Source: an uncultured Bacteroidales bacterium
GTDB taxonomy: Bacteria; Bacteroidota; Bacteroidia; Bacteroidales; Bacteroidaceae
NCBI GenBank assembly: GCA_902801325.1
Contig: CADCHQ010000013.1
Span: forward strand, 73,434-137,433
Reading direction: 5' to 3'
DNA length: 64,000 nucleotides
The notes under the pieces were generated by a model. It saw only the letters and a program-made list of their open reading frames with translations. It made no database searches and was not told where the DNA came from. Position 1 is the stretch's first letter. The number at the start of each line of letters is the position of its first letter. The position numbers and the translations under genes are program-made. This document shows positions 36,670 to 46,915 of the stretch, piece after piece.

Positions 36670-37236
36670 ATGAAAAAGTTATTGGTATTGTCCTTAGTGA
36701 CTATTATGAGTATGAGCGCAATGGCTCAGCGTAATCAAGAGAACATGCAGGCTCGCCGTGCAGAGATGATTTCAACTATGGCCGATCGTGTTGCCAAAGA
36801 CTTGAATTTGAAAGACGAAGCAAAGACTCAGTTCGTTGCTACCTACAAGGCATATCAGGAAGAACTGTTTGGAACCTATCAGACTGGTCGTAATCAGGGT
36901 CAGCGTGGCGAACGCCAAAACGATAAGAAGTTGACTGACGAGGAAGCCCAGAAGCAAGTAGAACAATATTTCGAGCGTCAGGAACAGCAAATCAAACAGC
37001 AGCAGGCTCGCCTAGAGATCGAGAAGAAGTATCTGGCAGAGTTCCAGAAGACTCTCACTCCCCAGCAAGTTGCTAAGATCTTTGCTCAGCGCCAGCAGAT
37101 GGGTATGCGCCAAGGTGGCATGCAAGGCGGTCGTGGCTTTGGTGGCCAAGGCGGTATGCGTCCCGGCGGTGGCTTCGGTGGCGGTGGTTTCGGCGGTGGC
37201 CAGCCAGGTGGTGGCTTCGGCGGAGGCGATTTCTAA
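36670..37236 (+). CDS. Periplasmic Spy/CpxP-like LTXXQ protein with a Gly-rich tail (DUF4890-like, tentative)
   Basis: 188 aa with a signal peptide, a helical charged body, the LTPQQ motif and C-terminus GGMQGGRGFGGQGGMRPGGGFGGGGFGGGQPGGGFGGGDF. Confidence 0.5.
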   Translation: MKKLLVLSLVTIMSMSAMAQRNQENMQARRAEMISTMADRVAKDLNLKDEAKTQFVATYKAYQEELFGTYQTGRNQGQRGERQNDKKLTDEEAQKQVEQYFERQEQQIKQQQARLEIEKKYLAEFQKTLTPQQVAKIFAQRQQMGMRQGGMQGGRGFGGQGGMRPGGGFGGGGFGGGQPGGGFGGGDF

Positions 37237-37321
37237 CCGACACCCAAACCCTATAACTAGTACATTGTTTTTATTATATATTAGTTGTTAGTTAGTAAAT
37301 GAAGCGCGTGATGCGTTATGT

Positions 37322-37355
37322 AAGGCTGTAATGGGTTCCGTTACAGCCTTTTTTA
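37322..37355 (+). terminator. Rho-independent terminator
   Basis: aaggctgtaa-tgggttccg-ttacagcctt is a perfect 10-bp stem, followed by tttttat. Confidence 0.75.
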
Positions 37356-37413
37356 TGTCCAATCCCTACACATTATTTTTTTATTATCGATAAAACTTTT
37401 TTCATTTTTAATT

Positions 37414-37443
37414 TTTGTTTCTTGATTTATATTATTAACTTTG
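37414..37443 (+). promoter_or_regulatory. Bacteroidota promoter for the carboxynorspermidine dehydrogenase-recA unit
   Basis: TTTG (37414-37417) and TAACTTTG (37436-37443) with an 18-nt gap, about 40 nt upstream of the ATG at 37484. Confidence 0.5.
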
Positions 37444-37483
37444 TCCTCGTATGTACTTACAAAAATAATCATTCAAAAATATC

Positions 37484-38719
37484 ATGGGAAAAGTTTTAAT
37501 TATTGGCGCAGGTGGTGTCGCAACAGTAGCCGCTCATAAGGTTGCTCAGAAGCCACAAGTGTTTAACGAGGTAATGATTGCCAGCAGGACAAAGAGCAAA
37601 TGTGATCGCCTGGCAGAAGTCCTTAATAAGAAGTATGGAACAAATGTGCAGACGGCGCAAGTCGATGCCGATAGTGTGGAGCAGTTGGTGGAACTGTTGT
37701 CGAGCTATAAGCCAGACATCGTTATGAACCTTGCACTTCCGTATCAGGACTTGACCATCATGGAAGCATGTCTGCAGACGGGATGTAACTACCTCGACAC
37801 GGCCAACTACGAACCAAAGGACGAGGCACACTTCGAGTATTCGTGGCAGTGGGCTTATCGTGAGCGTTTCGAGAAGGCTGGTTTGACGGCAATTCTTGGT
37901 TGTGGCTTCGACCCGGGTGTAACAAGCATCTATACGGCATATGCGGCAAAGCACTATTTCGATGAGATTCATTATCTTGATATCGTCGATTGCAACGCCG
38001 GCAATCATCATAAGGCCTTCGCCACCAACTTCAACCCCGAAATCAATATTCGTGAGATTACGCAGAAGGGTCTTTATTATGAAGGAGGACAATGGATAGA
38101 GACCGAGCCGATGGAGATACATCAGACTCTGTACTATCCCAATATTGGTCCCAAGGAGAGTTATTTGCTCCATCACGAAGAATTGGAATCGCTTGTGCTG
38201 AACTATCCCACCATCCGTCGCGCACGTTTCTGGATGACTTTCGGTCAGCAGTACCTGAACTATCTCGATGTTATTCAGAACATCGGTATGGCTCGCATTG
38301 ATGAAGTGGAATACAAGGCTCCAAAGGCTGACGGTTCAGGCGATGCCGTGGTTAAGATTGTTCCTCTTCAGTTCTTGAAGGCAGTTCTGCCCAACCCACA
38401 GGATTTGGGTGAGAACTATGATGGAGAGACTTCTATCGGTTGTCGCATTCGTGGTATTAAGGACGGACAAGAGCGCACCTATTACGTTTATAACAACTGC
38501 TCTCATCAGGCGGCTTATGAGGAGACTGGTATGCAAGGCGTTTCCTACACGACGGGAGTGCCTGCCATGATAGGTGCCATGATGTTCCTCGAAGGAAAGT
38601 GGAGAAAGCCTGGCGTACATAACGTGGAGGAATTCGATCCCGATCCCTTCATGGAGCGTCTCAATCAGGATGGCCTTCCTTGGCACGAAATGTTTAATGT
38701 GGATCTTGAGTTTGATTGA
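37484..38719 (+). CDS. Saccharopine dehydrogenase-family carboxynorspermidine/carboxyspermidine dehydrogenase
   Basis: 411 aa with Rossmann motif VLIIGAGGVATVAAHK. Length and sequence are typical of polyamine-pathway CANSDH. Confidence 0.8.
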   Translation: MGKVLIIGAGGVATVAAHKVAQKPQVFNEVMIASRTKSKCDRLAEVLNKKYGTNVQTAQVDADSVEQLVELLSSYKPDIVMNLALPYQDLTIMEACLQTGCNYLDTANYEPKDEAHFEYSWQWAYRERFEKAGLTAILGCGFDPGVTSIYTAYAAKHYFDEIHYLDIVDCNAGNHHKAFATNFNPEINIREITQKGLYYEGGQWIETEPMEIHQTLYYPNIGPKESYLLHHEELESLVLNYPTIRRARFWMTFGQQYLNYLDVIQNIGMARIDEVEYKAPKADGSGDAVVKIVPLQFLKAVLPNPQDLGENYDGETSIGCRIRGIKDGQERTYYVYNNCSHQAAYEETGMQGVSYTTGVPAMIGAMMFLEGKWRKPGVHNVEEFDPDPFMERLNQDGLPWHEMFNVDLEFD

Positions 38720-38753
38720 TAATTAGTATGTTAATTAATAAATAAGTAAAAAT

Positions 38754-39830
38754 ATGGCAAAAAAAGTAGATGTAAATGTACCTGTCAATTCAGTTACTGA
38801 AAGACTGAAAGCGTTGCAGGCTGCAATGGCGAAGATAGAGAAGGACTTCGGCAAGGGTAGCATTATGAAGTTGGGAGATGAGAAAGTTGCAGACGTTGAA
38901 GTCATTCCCACTGGCAGTATATCCTTGAATGCAGCATTGGGCGTTGGTGGTTATCCTAAGGGACGCATAATCGAAATTTATGGTCCGGAATCATCTGGTA
39001 AAACAACACTGGCTATTCACGCCATTGCCGAAGCACAAAAACTTGGTGGTATAGCTGCTTTTATAGATGCAGAACATGCCTTCGACCGTTTCTATGCTCA
39101 GAAATTAGGTGTAGACATTGATAACTTGTTGGTTTCACAACCCGATAATGGTGAACAAGCTTTGGAGATTGCTGACCAACTCATTCGTTCTTCTGCAATC
39201 GACATCATCGTTGTCGACTCTGTTGCCGCTCTTACTCCAAAGGCTGAGATTGAAGGTGACATGGGTGACAATAAGGTGGGCCTGCAAGCTAGACTGATGA
39301 GCCAGGCATTACGTAAACTGACATCGACCATTAGCAAGACGAATACCACCTGCATCTTCATCAACCAGCTTCGTGAGAAGATTGGCGTGATGTTTGGCAA
39401 TCCCGAAACCACAACAGGTGGTAATGCTTTGAAATTCTACGCTTCTGTTCGACTCGATATCCGTAAGAGTTCTACAATAAAGGATGGTGACAACATTATT
39501 GGTAACCTAGTGAAGGTAAAGGTTGTGAAGAATAAAGTTGCGCCTCCATTCCGCAAGGCTGAATTTGAAATCATGTTTGGCGAAGGCATTAGCCGTATAG
39601 GTGAGATTGTCGACCTCGGTGTGGAATACGATATCATCAAGAAGAGTGGTTCGTGGTTCAGTTTCGATAACTCACGTTTGGCACAAGGTCGCGATGCAAC
39701 AAAGGCACTTTTAAAGGATAATCCTGAACTTTGCGAAGAGATTACCAATCGCATTACAGCTGCAATGGCAAGCATGCCCGCTTCGCAAGTTGCTCAGAAG
39801 GAAGAGGAAAAAGAAGCTACAGAAGACTGA
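38754..39830 (+). CDS. recA: Recombinase A
   Basis: 358 aa with Walker [10 protein letters not shown] and canonical RecA sequence. Confidence 0.97.
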   Translation: MAKKVDVNVPVNSVTERLKALQAAMAKIEKDFGKGSIMKLGDEKVADVEVIPTGSISLNAALGVGGYPKGRIIEIYGPESSGKTTLAIHAIAEAQKLGGIAAFIDAEHAFDRFYAQKLGVDIDNLLVSQPDNGEQALEIADQLIRSSAIDIIVVDSVAALTPKAEIEGDMGDNKVGLQARLMSQALRKLTSTISKTNTTCIFINQLREKIGVMFGNPETTTGGNALKFYASVRLDIRKSSTIKDGDNIIGNLVKVKVVKNKVAPPFRKAEFEIMFGEGISRIGEIVDLGVEYDIIKKSGSWFSFDNSRLAQGRDATKALLKDNPELCEEITNRITAAMASMPASQVAQKEEEKEATED

Positions 39831-39858
39831 TTTTGGCAGTCATACTGACATAATGTCG

Positions 39859-39899
39859 CGAGGAGAAGACTTTTTTTTAAGTTTTTTCCTCGTTTTTTT
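39859..39899 (+). terminator. Rho-independent terminator after recA
   Basis: cgaggagaagact / agttttttcctcg is a 13-bp stem with two G-U pairs, followed by T7. Confidence 0.65.
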
Positions 39900-39975
39900 G
39901 TACATTGGCACATACTTTGTTCAACATTAAGTGTGATTTTCAATCCGAAGTTAAACAAATTAAAAATATACTATT

Positions 39976-41916
39976 ATGGGAAAGATTATTGGAATCGACT
40001 TGGGTACCACTAACTCGTGTGTATCTGTTTTTGAGGGCAACGAGCCCGTAGTTATTGCCAACAGCGAAGGCAAGCGTACAACTCCTTCTGTTGTTGCATT
40101 TGTTGAAGGTGGCGAACGTAAGGTTGGTGATCCTGCCAAGCGTCAGGCTATCACAAATCCTAAAAAGACTATCTTCAGTATTAAGCGTTTCATGGGTGAA
40201 ACCTATGACCAGGTACAGAAGGAGATCTCACGTGTACCTTATAATGTAGTACGTGGTGACAACAACACTCCTCGTGTGGACATCGACGGTCGTCAGTACA
40301 CACCTCAGGAAATTTCTGCTATGATTCTGCAGAAGATGAAGAAGACTGCTGAGGACTATCTGGGTCAGGAGGTTACGGAAGCTGTTATCACTGTACCTGC
40401 ATACTTCAGCGACTCTCAGCGTCAGGCCACTAAGGAGGCTGGTCAGATTGCAGGTCTTGAGGTTAAGCGTATTGTCAACGAACCTACTGCAGCCGCTTTG
40501 GCATATGGTGTTGATAAGGCCAATAAGGATATGAAGATTGCTGTCTTCGACCTTGGTGGTGGTACGTTCGATATCTCAATACTGGAATTCGGTAGTGGCG
40601 TGTTCGAAGTACTGAGCACGAATGGTGATACTCACCTTGGTGGTGATGACTTCGACCAGGTTATCATCGATTGGTTGGCCAATGGTTTCAAGGCAGAGGA
40701 GGGTGTTGATCTGAAGCAAGATCCTATGGCTCTGCAACGTCTGAAGGAAGCCGCTGAGAAGGCAAAGATTGAACTCTCCAGCACAACTTCGACGGAGATC
40801 AACCTTCCTTATATCACTGCCGTTGGTGGTGTGCCTAAACACCTTGTTAAGACACTCACTCGTTCTGAGTTCGAGCGTTTGGCTGACAGCCTGATTCAGG
40901 CTTGTAAGGTTCCCTGCCAGAATGCCATGCGTGATGCAGGTCTTTCGAACAGCGATATCGACGAAGTTATCCTTGTAGGTGGTTCTACCCGTGTGCCTGC
41001 TGTACAGAAGATGGTTGCTGAATTCTTTGGTAAAGAGCCTTCAAAGGGTGTTAACCCCGATGAAGTTGTAGCCGTAGGTGCTAGCATCCAGGGTGCTGTG
41101 CTCACTGGTGACAAGAGCGATATCGTTCTGCTCGACGTAACACCTCTGTCTATGGGTATCGAAACACTGGGTGGTGTAATGACTAAGCTCATTGAAGCCA
41201 ATACCACCATTCCTTGCAAGAAGAGTGAAACATTCTCAACTGCTGCAGATAACCAGACGGCTGTTACCATCCATGTTCTGCAGGGCGAACGTCCTATGGC
41301 CGCCCAGAACAAGAGTGTTGGTCACTTCAACCTTGAAGGCATTGCTCCTGCACGTCGTGGTGTTCCTCAGATTGAGGTTACATTCGATATCGATGCCAAT
41401 GGTATCCTGAACGTAAGTGCAAAGGATAAGGCCACAGGTAAGGAGCAGAGCATTCGCATCGAGGCTTCTAGTGGCTTGTCGAAGGAGGAAATCGAGCGCA
41501 TGAAGGCTGAGGCTGAGGCTAATGCCGAGAGCGATAAGAAGGAACGTGAGAAGATTGATAAGCTGAATCAGGCCGATAGCATGATTTTCCAGACGGAGAA
41601 CATGCTGAAGGAAAACGGCGACAAACTTCCTGCTGGTGTTAAAGGCGAGGTAGAGGCCGCTCTTGATAAGCTTCGCAATGCTCACAAGGCACAGGACATT
41701 GCTGCAATCGATGCTGCTATTGCCGAACTCAACAATGCCGCCCAGAAGATGTATCAAGCCGCTCAACAGGCTGGTGCAGGTGCACAGCCAGGTCCTGACG
41801 CAGGCTTTGGTGGCGCAGGCTTCCAGGGTGGTCAGCAAGCTGGCCCTCAACCTGGTGCAAACCAAGGCGGTAAGGCCGACGACATCCAAGATGCCGACTT
41901 CGAGGAGGTAAAGTAA
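39976..41916 (+). CDS. dnaK: Molecular chaperone DnaK (Hsp70)
   Basis: 646 aa with [19 protein letters not shown] and the full Hsp70 architecture. Confidence 0.98.
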   Translation: MGKIIGIDLGTTNSCVSVFEGNEPVVIANSEGKRTTPSVVAFVEGGERKVGDPAKRQAITNPKKTIFSIKRFMGETYDQVQKEISRVPYNVVRGDNNTPRVDIDGRQYTPQEISAMILQKMKKTAEDYLGQEVTEAVITVPAYFSDSQRQATKEAGQIAGLEVKRIVNEPTAAALAYGVDKANKDMKIAVFDLGGGTFDISILEFGSGVFEVLSTNGDTHLGGDDFDQVIIDWLANGFKAEEGVDLKQDPMALQRLKEAAEKAKIELSSTTSTEINLPYITAVGGVPKHLVKTLTRSEFERLADSLIQACKVPCQNAMRDAGLSNSDIDEVILVGGSTRVPAVQKMVAEFFGKEPSKGVNPDEVVAVGASIQGAVLTGDKSDIVLLDVTPLSMGIETLGGVMTKLIEANTTIPCKKSETFSTAADNQTAVTIHVLQGERPMAAQNKSVGHFNLEGIAPARRGVPQIEVTFDIDANGILNVSAKDKATGKEQSIRIEASSGLSKEEIERMKAEAEANAESDKKEREKIDKLNQADSMIFQTENMLKENGDKLPAGVKGEVEAALDKLRNAHKAQDIAAIDAAIAELNNAAQKMYQAAQQAGAGAQPGPDAGFGGAGFQGGQQAGPQPGANQGGKADDIQDADFEEVK

Positions 41917-41935
41917 ATCAAAAGTTTAGATAAGA

Positions 41936-41973
41936 AAAGAGGACACTTCATTTGAGGTGTCCTCTTTTTTTTG
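41936..41973. terminator. Bidirectional terminator between dnaK (plus strand) and the ACT gene (minus strand)
   Basis: agaggacacttca-tt-tgaggtgtcctct is a long stem, flanked by an A-rich run upstream and T8 downstream. Confidence 0.8.
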
Positions 41974-41999
41974 TTATAGCAGTTGGCTCAGGCAAAGGA

Positions 42000-42428
42000 T
42001 TATGCCAACTGAGTGAGTGCGCTTTCGTCGATGCTCTTGAGGTTGTTGGCGTTGATGACGCTAATGGCCTTTTCACCATCATCAGTACGGAAAATGAGGA
42101 TGCCCTTGCCTCGCAACAAGAACGAATACATGTAAGTGATGCTGATGCCTGCCTCACTGAAGACCTTTACGGCTTCTGCAGCGCGACCGGGTTTGTCATC
42201 AATCTCAATGGCAAAAACGTCACTAAGTGCAACGGCTACATTAGCCTTCTTTAGCTCTTCGTAAGCACGCATGGGCTCACTGCAAATCAAACGATAGATA
42301 CCATACTCTGCGGTATCGGCAATGGTGGATGCAATGATCTGGATGTTTGCTTCCTTCAAAGCGTCGAGAACCTTTATGAGTGTACCGGAACGGTTCTCAA
42401 TGAAGATGGATAGTTGTGGAATAGTCAT
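42000..42428 (-). CDS. ACT-domain (tandem) small-molecule-binding regulatory protein
   Basis: 142 aa. MTIPQLSIFIENRSGTL... is typical of ACT proteins encoded next to phenylacetate-CoA ligases. Confidence 0.8.
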   Translation of the reverse strand: MTIPQLSIFIENRSGTLIKVLDALKEANIQIIASTIADTAEYGIYRLICSEPMRAYEELKKANVAVALSDVFAIEIDDKPGRAAEAVKVFSEAGISITYMYSFLLRGKGILIFRTDDGEKAISVINANNLKSIDESALTQLA

Positions 42429-42434
42429 ATTGTG

Positions 42435-42471
42435 AAATTAAAAATTAAAAGTTAAAAATTAAAAATTAATT
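42435..42471. repeat. AT-rich word array directly upstream of the ACT gene start
   Basis: aaattaaaaattaaaagttaaaaattaaaaattaatt, 36/37 identical to 18720-18756. Confidence 0.9.
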
Positions 42472-42472
42472 G

Positions 42473-42523
42473 TTCTTGCTCCGGCAAGCTACGCAAGCGT
42501 CACAGCTTCGCAGATGCCGAGCG
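42473..42523 (+). repeat. Dispersed element, single module (TTCTTGCTCC-ggcaagc-TACGCAAGCGT...GATGCCGAGCG)
   Basis: The first 29 nt are identical to the reverse complement of the 53327-53373 copy. It is flanked by aaaaattaatt and aaaaattagg. Confidence 0.85.
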
Positions 42524-42535
42524 AAAAATTAGGAA

Positions 42536-43843
42536 TTAGGAATAAACCTTTCGCTTGTCTACGACACGAACGGCCTTACCCTCACTGACAGGAAGTGAAC
42601 CGAGGGGAACGAGTTTGACGATAGGAGTGAGCAGAATCTCGTCCTTGAGTCGACGCCTGATTTCTTTTTCGAGTGTTTGTAGTTGCTTATAGTCGTCGGT
42701 GGGTTGTGCGAGTTCCACTTCAACCGTCATGTTGTCATTCTCTTCGTCTGTCGTGAGCGTGATGAGATAGTTGTTGGCAAGTTCGCTGAATTGCATCAGA
42801 ATCTTCTCGATCTGGATGGGGAAGATGTTCACGCCACGAAGCACCATCATGTCGTCGGAACGTCCCTTCATGCGGTCTAGGCGCACGTGATTGCGTCCAC
42901 AGGGGCACGAGCGTCCCAGAACGCGTGTCAAATCACGTGTGCGATAGCGCAGTAGAGGCATAGCTTCACGGCAGAGTGTTGTGAGCACTAACTCACCAAT
43001 CTCTCCGTCAGGCACGGGTTCTAGTGTCTCGGGATCTACAATCTCCACAATGTAATAGTCTTCCCAGAAGTGCATACCGTTCTGTTCGGGACATTCAAAG
43101 CCCACACCAGGACCACACATTTCACTCATACCGAAGGAGTTGTAGGCTTTCACACCCATCATGTCCTCGATGCGCTTGCGCTGTTCCTCACTGTGAGGTT
43201 CTGCACCAATGGCAAGCACCTTAAGTTTGGTGTCTCGTCGTGGGTCAACGCCTTCTGCCTTCATCACTTCGTAAAGACGTGTGACATAGCTAGGAACGGC
43301 GTGGATGGCTGTTGTTCCGAAGTCCTTGATGAACTTAATCTGACGCAGGGAATTACCTGCTGCGGCAGGAACTGTCAGCATACCCAGTTTCTCTGCACCA
43401 TACTGGAATCCCAAACCACCAGTGAACATACCATAACCGCTGGAATTTTGGAAGACATCGTCAGGACGAAGTCCCACCATCCAAAGGTTACGTGCCACCT
43501 GATTGGCCCATTCGTCGAGGTCTTTCTTCGTGTGCAGGATGACGGTAGGATTACCAGTTGTTCCGCTTGACGAATGCAGGCGGACACATTCCTTCAAAGG
43601 CACGCAAGACATTCCAAAGGGGTAGGTCTCACGCAAGTCTTGTTTGGTAGTGAAAGGCAATTTGCGTACGTCTGCCAATGACTTGATGTCATCGGGTGTA
43701 ATGCCTGCTTCTGCAAATTTCTTGCGATAGAACTCATTGCTCATGCAATGACGCACCGTCTTTTTCAGTCGTTCCAATTGGAGTGCCTCAATCTGTTCGC
43801 GAGACATCGTCTCCAATTCGGGGTCGAAAAATTGTGAATACAT
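42536..43843 (-). CDS. paaK: Phenylacetate--CoA ligase family protein (paralog 1)
   Basis: 435 aa with AMP-binding motif HSSSGTTGNPT and PaaK-like length and C-terminal domain. Confidence 0.88.
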   Translation of the reverse strand: MYSQFFDPELETMSREQIEALQLERLKKTVRHCMSNEFYRKKFAEAGITPDDIKSLADVRKLPFTTKQDLRETYPFGMSCVPLKECVRLHSSSGTTGNPTVILHTKKDLDEWANQVARNLWMVGLRPDDVFQNSSGYGMFTGGLGFQYGAEKLGMLTVPAAAGNSLRQIKFIKDFGTTAIHAVPSYVTRLYEVMKAEGVDPRRDTKLKVLAIGAEPHSEEQRKRIEDMMGVKAYNSFGMSEMCGPGVGFECPEQNGMHFWEDYYIVEIVDPETLEPVPDGEIGELVLTTLCREAMPLLRYRTRDLTRVLGRSCPCGRNHVRLDRMKGRSDDMMVLRGVNIFPIQIEKILMQFSELANNYLITLTTDEENDNMTVEVELAQPTDDYKQLQTLEKEIRRRLKDEILLTPIVKLVPLGSLPVSEGKAVRVVDKRKVYS

Positions 43844-43853
43844 TATTTTATTT

Positions 43854-43916
43854 AATTATGAATTAGAAATTACGAATTATGAATTACGAATTAGAAATTA
43901 CGAATTACGAATTATG
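43854..43916. repeat. Tandem 7-8-nt word array (AATTACG/AATTATG/AATTAGA)
   Basis: aattatgaattagaaattacgaattatgaattacgaattagaaattacgaattacgaattatg, upstream of the paaK paralog 1 start. A degenerate reverse copy of the dispersed element follows at about 43918-43960. Confidence 0.88.
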
Positions 43917-43965
43917 TAACCGGACGGCTGCAGGCCTACGCTTGGCTCGTCCAAGAATTACGTTT

Positions 43966-45273
43966 TTAGAGTTTACGTTTGTCTATGATGTGTGCACTCT
44001 TGCCTTGACTGCGTTCGATGGTACCTGGAGCCTTCAGTTGAACCTTTGCGGCAATGCTGAGCACGCTCTTGAGTTTCGAAGCCAGTTTCTTCTCCAGTTC
44101 GTCGATGGCGGCAGGTGTGTCGAAAGTAGCAGTGAAGTACTCCTGACGCAGTTCCACCTGAACCTGTAAGGTATCGAGGTTGTTGACGCGATCCACGACG
44201 AGCATATAGCGAGGAGCAAACTCGGGCATACTGAGCACAACGCTTTCGACCTGAGAGGGGAACACGTTGATACCGCGAATGATGAGCATGTCGTCGGAAC
44301 GTCCTTCTATGCGGCTCATGCGGATGCTGGTACGTCCGCAATCACACTGACCTGTCATCAGTGAGCAGAGGTCACGCGTACGATAGCGAAGCAGAGGCAT
44401 TCCCTCCTTCGTAAGGGTTGTGAAGACCAGCTCACCCGACTGACCGTTAGGCAAGGACTCAAGGGTTACGGGATTGATGATTTCGGGATAGAAGTGATCC
44501 TCGCAAATGTGCGAACCGTTCTGCTCTTGACATTCGTAACTCACGCAAGGTCCCATGATCTCGGAAAGACCATAGAGGTTATAGCCCTTCAGACCCAGTC
44601 GTTCTTCAATCTCCTGTCGCATGTGTTCGGTCCAAGGCTCTGCACCAAAAGCACCAACGCGCAATTTTATCTGCTCTTTTGTGATGCCCATTTTCTCCAT
44701 CGTCTCGGCCAGATACAGCGCATAGGATGGTGTGCAGGCAATACCCGTTATACCCAAGTCGCGGATGAGTTTCAGATGTTTCTCGGTGTTACCTGTTCCT
44801 GTGGGAATGCACGCTGCACCGATGTGCTCCACACCATAGTGTGCACCCAAGCCACCCGTGAACAAACCATAGCCGTATGCCACAGAGAAGGTGTCGTCTC
44901 GAGTGATGCCGTAGGCAGTCAGGCATCTGGCCATGCACTCACTCCACACACCGATGTCCTTGCGGGTGTAACCCACAATGGTGGGGTTTCCCGTGGTTCC
45001 ACTGGAGGCGTGCACGCGGATAATCTCGCTTTGTGGTGCGGCTTGTAGTCCGAAGGGATAGTTCTCGCGCAGGTCCTTCTTTGTGGTGAAAGGCAGTTTC
45101 TTAATGTCCTCGATGGTCTGTATGTCATCGGGGCGGATGTCCATTTCCTGCAATTTATGCCGGTAGAATGGGACATTATGATAGACGTATTCTACTATCT
45201 TATGTAGCCGCTTGCCTTGCAAGGCACTCATTTCGTCGCGGCTCATACATTCTTTATTAGGATTCCAGATCAT
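43966..45273 (-). CDS. paaK: Phenylacetate--CoA ligase family protein (paralog 2)
   Basis: 435 aa with motif HASSGTTGNPT. It is clearly paralogous to 42536-43843. Confidence 0.88.
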   Translation of the reverse strand: MIWNPNKECMSRDEMSALQGKRLHKIVEYVYHNVPFYRHKLQEMDIRPDDIQTIEDIKKLPFTTKKDLRENYPFGLQAAPQSEIIRVHASSGTTGNPTIVGYTRKDIGVWSECMARCLTAYGITRDDTFSVAYGYGLFTGGLGAHYGVEHIGAACIPTGTGNTEKHLKLIRDLGITGIACTPSYALYLAETMEKMGITKEQIKLRVGAFGAEPWTEHMRQEIEERLGLKGYNLYGLSEIMGPCVSYECQEQNGSHICEDHFYPEIINPVTLESLPNGQSGELVFTTLTKEGMPLLRYRTRDLCSLMTGQCDCGRTSIRMSRIEGRSDDMLIIRGINVFPSQVESVVLSMPEFAPRYMLVVDRVNNLDTLQVQVELRQEYFTATFDTPAAIDELEKKLASKLKSVLSIAAKVQLKAPGTIERSQGKSAHIIDKRKL

Positions 45274-45278
45274 GGGAT

Positions 45279-45353
45279 AATTTACGATTTACGGATTTAC
45301 GATTTACGATTTATTTGACGATTTTACAATTTTACGATTTGACGATTTATTTG
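45279..45353. repeat. Tandem 7-8-nt word array (ATTTACG / ATTTGACG)
   Basis: aatttacgatttacggatttacgatttacgatttatttgacgattttacaattttacgatttgacgatttatttg. It fills the spacer between the symporter stop and the paaK paralog 2 start. Confidence 0.88.
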
Positions 45354-46867
45354 TAACAATCGAACATCCGATCGACATCGGCAGCAGGAAGTTTCTTGGT
45401 AAACAAGCTAACCAAGAGAACAACGGGGAAACCGCCTACCATAGCAATGGCACCACAGTTGATGGGATTGATGGGGTTGCCCAGAAGCATGTTGGTCACG
45501 GTGAGTCCTACGCCCCAGATGAAGCAAGCCCAAACAGAGGCCGTAGTGATGCGCTTTGAGTAGAGTCCCAGCATGAATGGAGCAAGGAAGGCACCTGCCA
45601 AAGCTCCCCACGAAATGCCCATGAGTTGGGCAATGAAGGTGGGCGGGTTCAATGCTATCATCAGTGAGATAACGATGAAGAAGACGATGAGCACGCGCAT
45701 GACAACCACCTTGCGGCGTTCTACTTTCTCAGCCACGATGTCGTCGATAGAACCTTCCTCAACTTCGCCTGGCAACGATTTCTTGTCGCGGTAGATGAGG
45801 TCGAGCGTCATCGTGCTCGAACTGGTGAGAACCAGCGAAGCCAGTGTCGACATCGAAGCCGACAGCACGAGGAGCACTACGAGTGCGATGAGGATATTGG
45901 GCAGGGTTACGAGCATGGCTGGCACGATGGAGTCGAAAGCAATCTTGCCATTAGCGGCAATCACGGGCTCGTAGAGACGACCAAAACCACCCAAGAAATA
46001 GCAACCGCCTGCTACGATGAAAGCAAAGATGGTGCTGATGATGGTTCCACGTCGGATGGCGCTCTCGTCCGTAATGGAGTAGAACTTGCCCACCATCTGC
46101 GGAAGTCCCATCGTACCCAGTGAGGTCAGGATAACCACACCCAGCAATCCCCATGGATCAGGACCGAACCACGAGGCAAATCCACCGTTCACTGCAGGAT
46201 CGGCGTCCGAAGGAATCTGAGCCAGTTTGTCGACAGCAGTTGCCAGTCCTCCTTGTGCATTCAGCACGGCAATGATGACGGCCACAATGCCAAAGAGCAT
46301 GATGATGCCCTGGATGAAATCGTTCATGGCAGTGGCCTTGTAACCGCCCAGAATCACGTAGACGGCAGTCAGGATGGACATGATGACAACGCAGTATTCG
46401 TATGGAATGCCAAAGCCCATTTCGAAGAGTCGGGAGATGCCGCTATACACACCTGCCGTGTAAGGAATCAGAAAGACGAAGGCTATGACGGAAGCTGTCA
46501 CGCGCAGACCTTGGTCGCAGAAGCGTGTGCCAAAGAAGTCGGGCATCGTGCGGCTTTCAATGTGTTGGGTCATCTTCTTCGTACGCCGTCCTAGAATAAT
46601 CCAGGCTAAGAGCGAACCGATAACGGCATTGCCGATACCTATCCATGCACTGGAGAGTCCGTATCTCCAGCCAAACTGACCGGCATAGCCTACAAAAACG
46701 ACGGCGGAAAAATAGGATGTTCCGTAAGCAAAGGCTGTGAGCCAAGGCCCAACGGCGCGTCCGCCAAGTACAAATCCGTCAACACTGCTGGCTTGTTTGC
46801 GGGAGTACAATCCCACGCCCACCATTACGACCAGAAAGATAATGGTCAGAATAACTTTGATAAACAT
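45347..46867 (-). CDS. Sodium:solute symporter (SSF) family transporter
   Basis: 506 aa with about 13 TM helices and an SSF-like N-terminus (FVLGGRAVGPWLTAFAYGTSYFSAV). Confidence 0.82.
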   Translation of the reverse strand: MFIKVILTIIFLVVMVGVGLYSRKQASSVDGFVLGGRAVGPWLTAFAYGTSYFSAVVFVGYAGQFGWRYGLSSAWIGIGNAVIGSLLAWIILGRRTKKMTQHIESRTMPDFFGTRFCDQGLRVTASVIAFVFLIPYTAGVYSGISRLFEMGFGIPYEYCVVIMSILTAVYVILGGYKATAMNDFIQGIIMLFGIVAVIIAVLNAQGGLATAVDKLAQIPSDADPAVNGGFASWFGPDPWGLLGVVILTSLGTMGLPQMVGKFYSITDESAIRRGTIISTIFAFIVAGGCYFLGGFGRLYEPVIAANGKIAFDSIVPAMLVTLPNILIALVVLLVLSASMSTLASLVLTSSSTMTLDLIYRDKKSLPGEVEEGSIDDIVAEKVERRKVVVMRVLIVFFIVISLMIALNPPTFIAQLMGISWGALAGAFLAPFMLGLYSKRITTASVWACFIWGVGLTVTNMLLGNPINPINCGAIAMVGGFPVVLLVSLFTKKLPAADVDRMFDCYK

Positions 46868-46915
46868 GATGATATTACGTTATATCGTTATTACGTTGTT
46901 TCGAATTTTCTCTGC

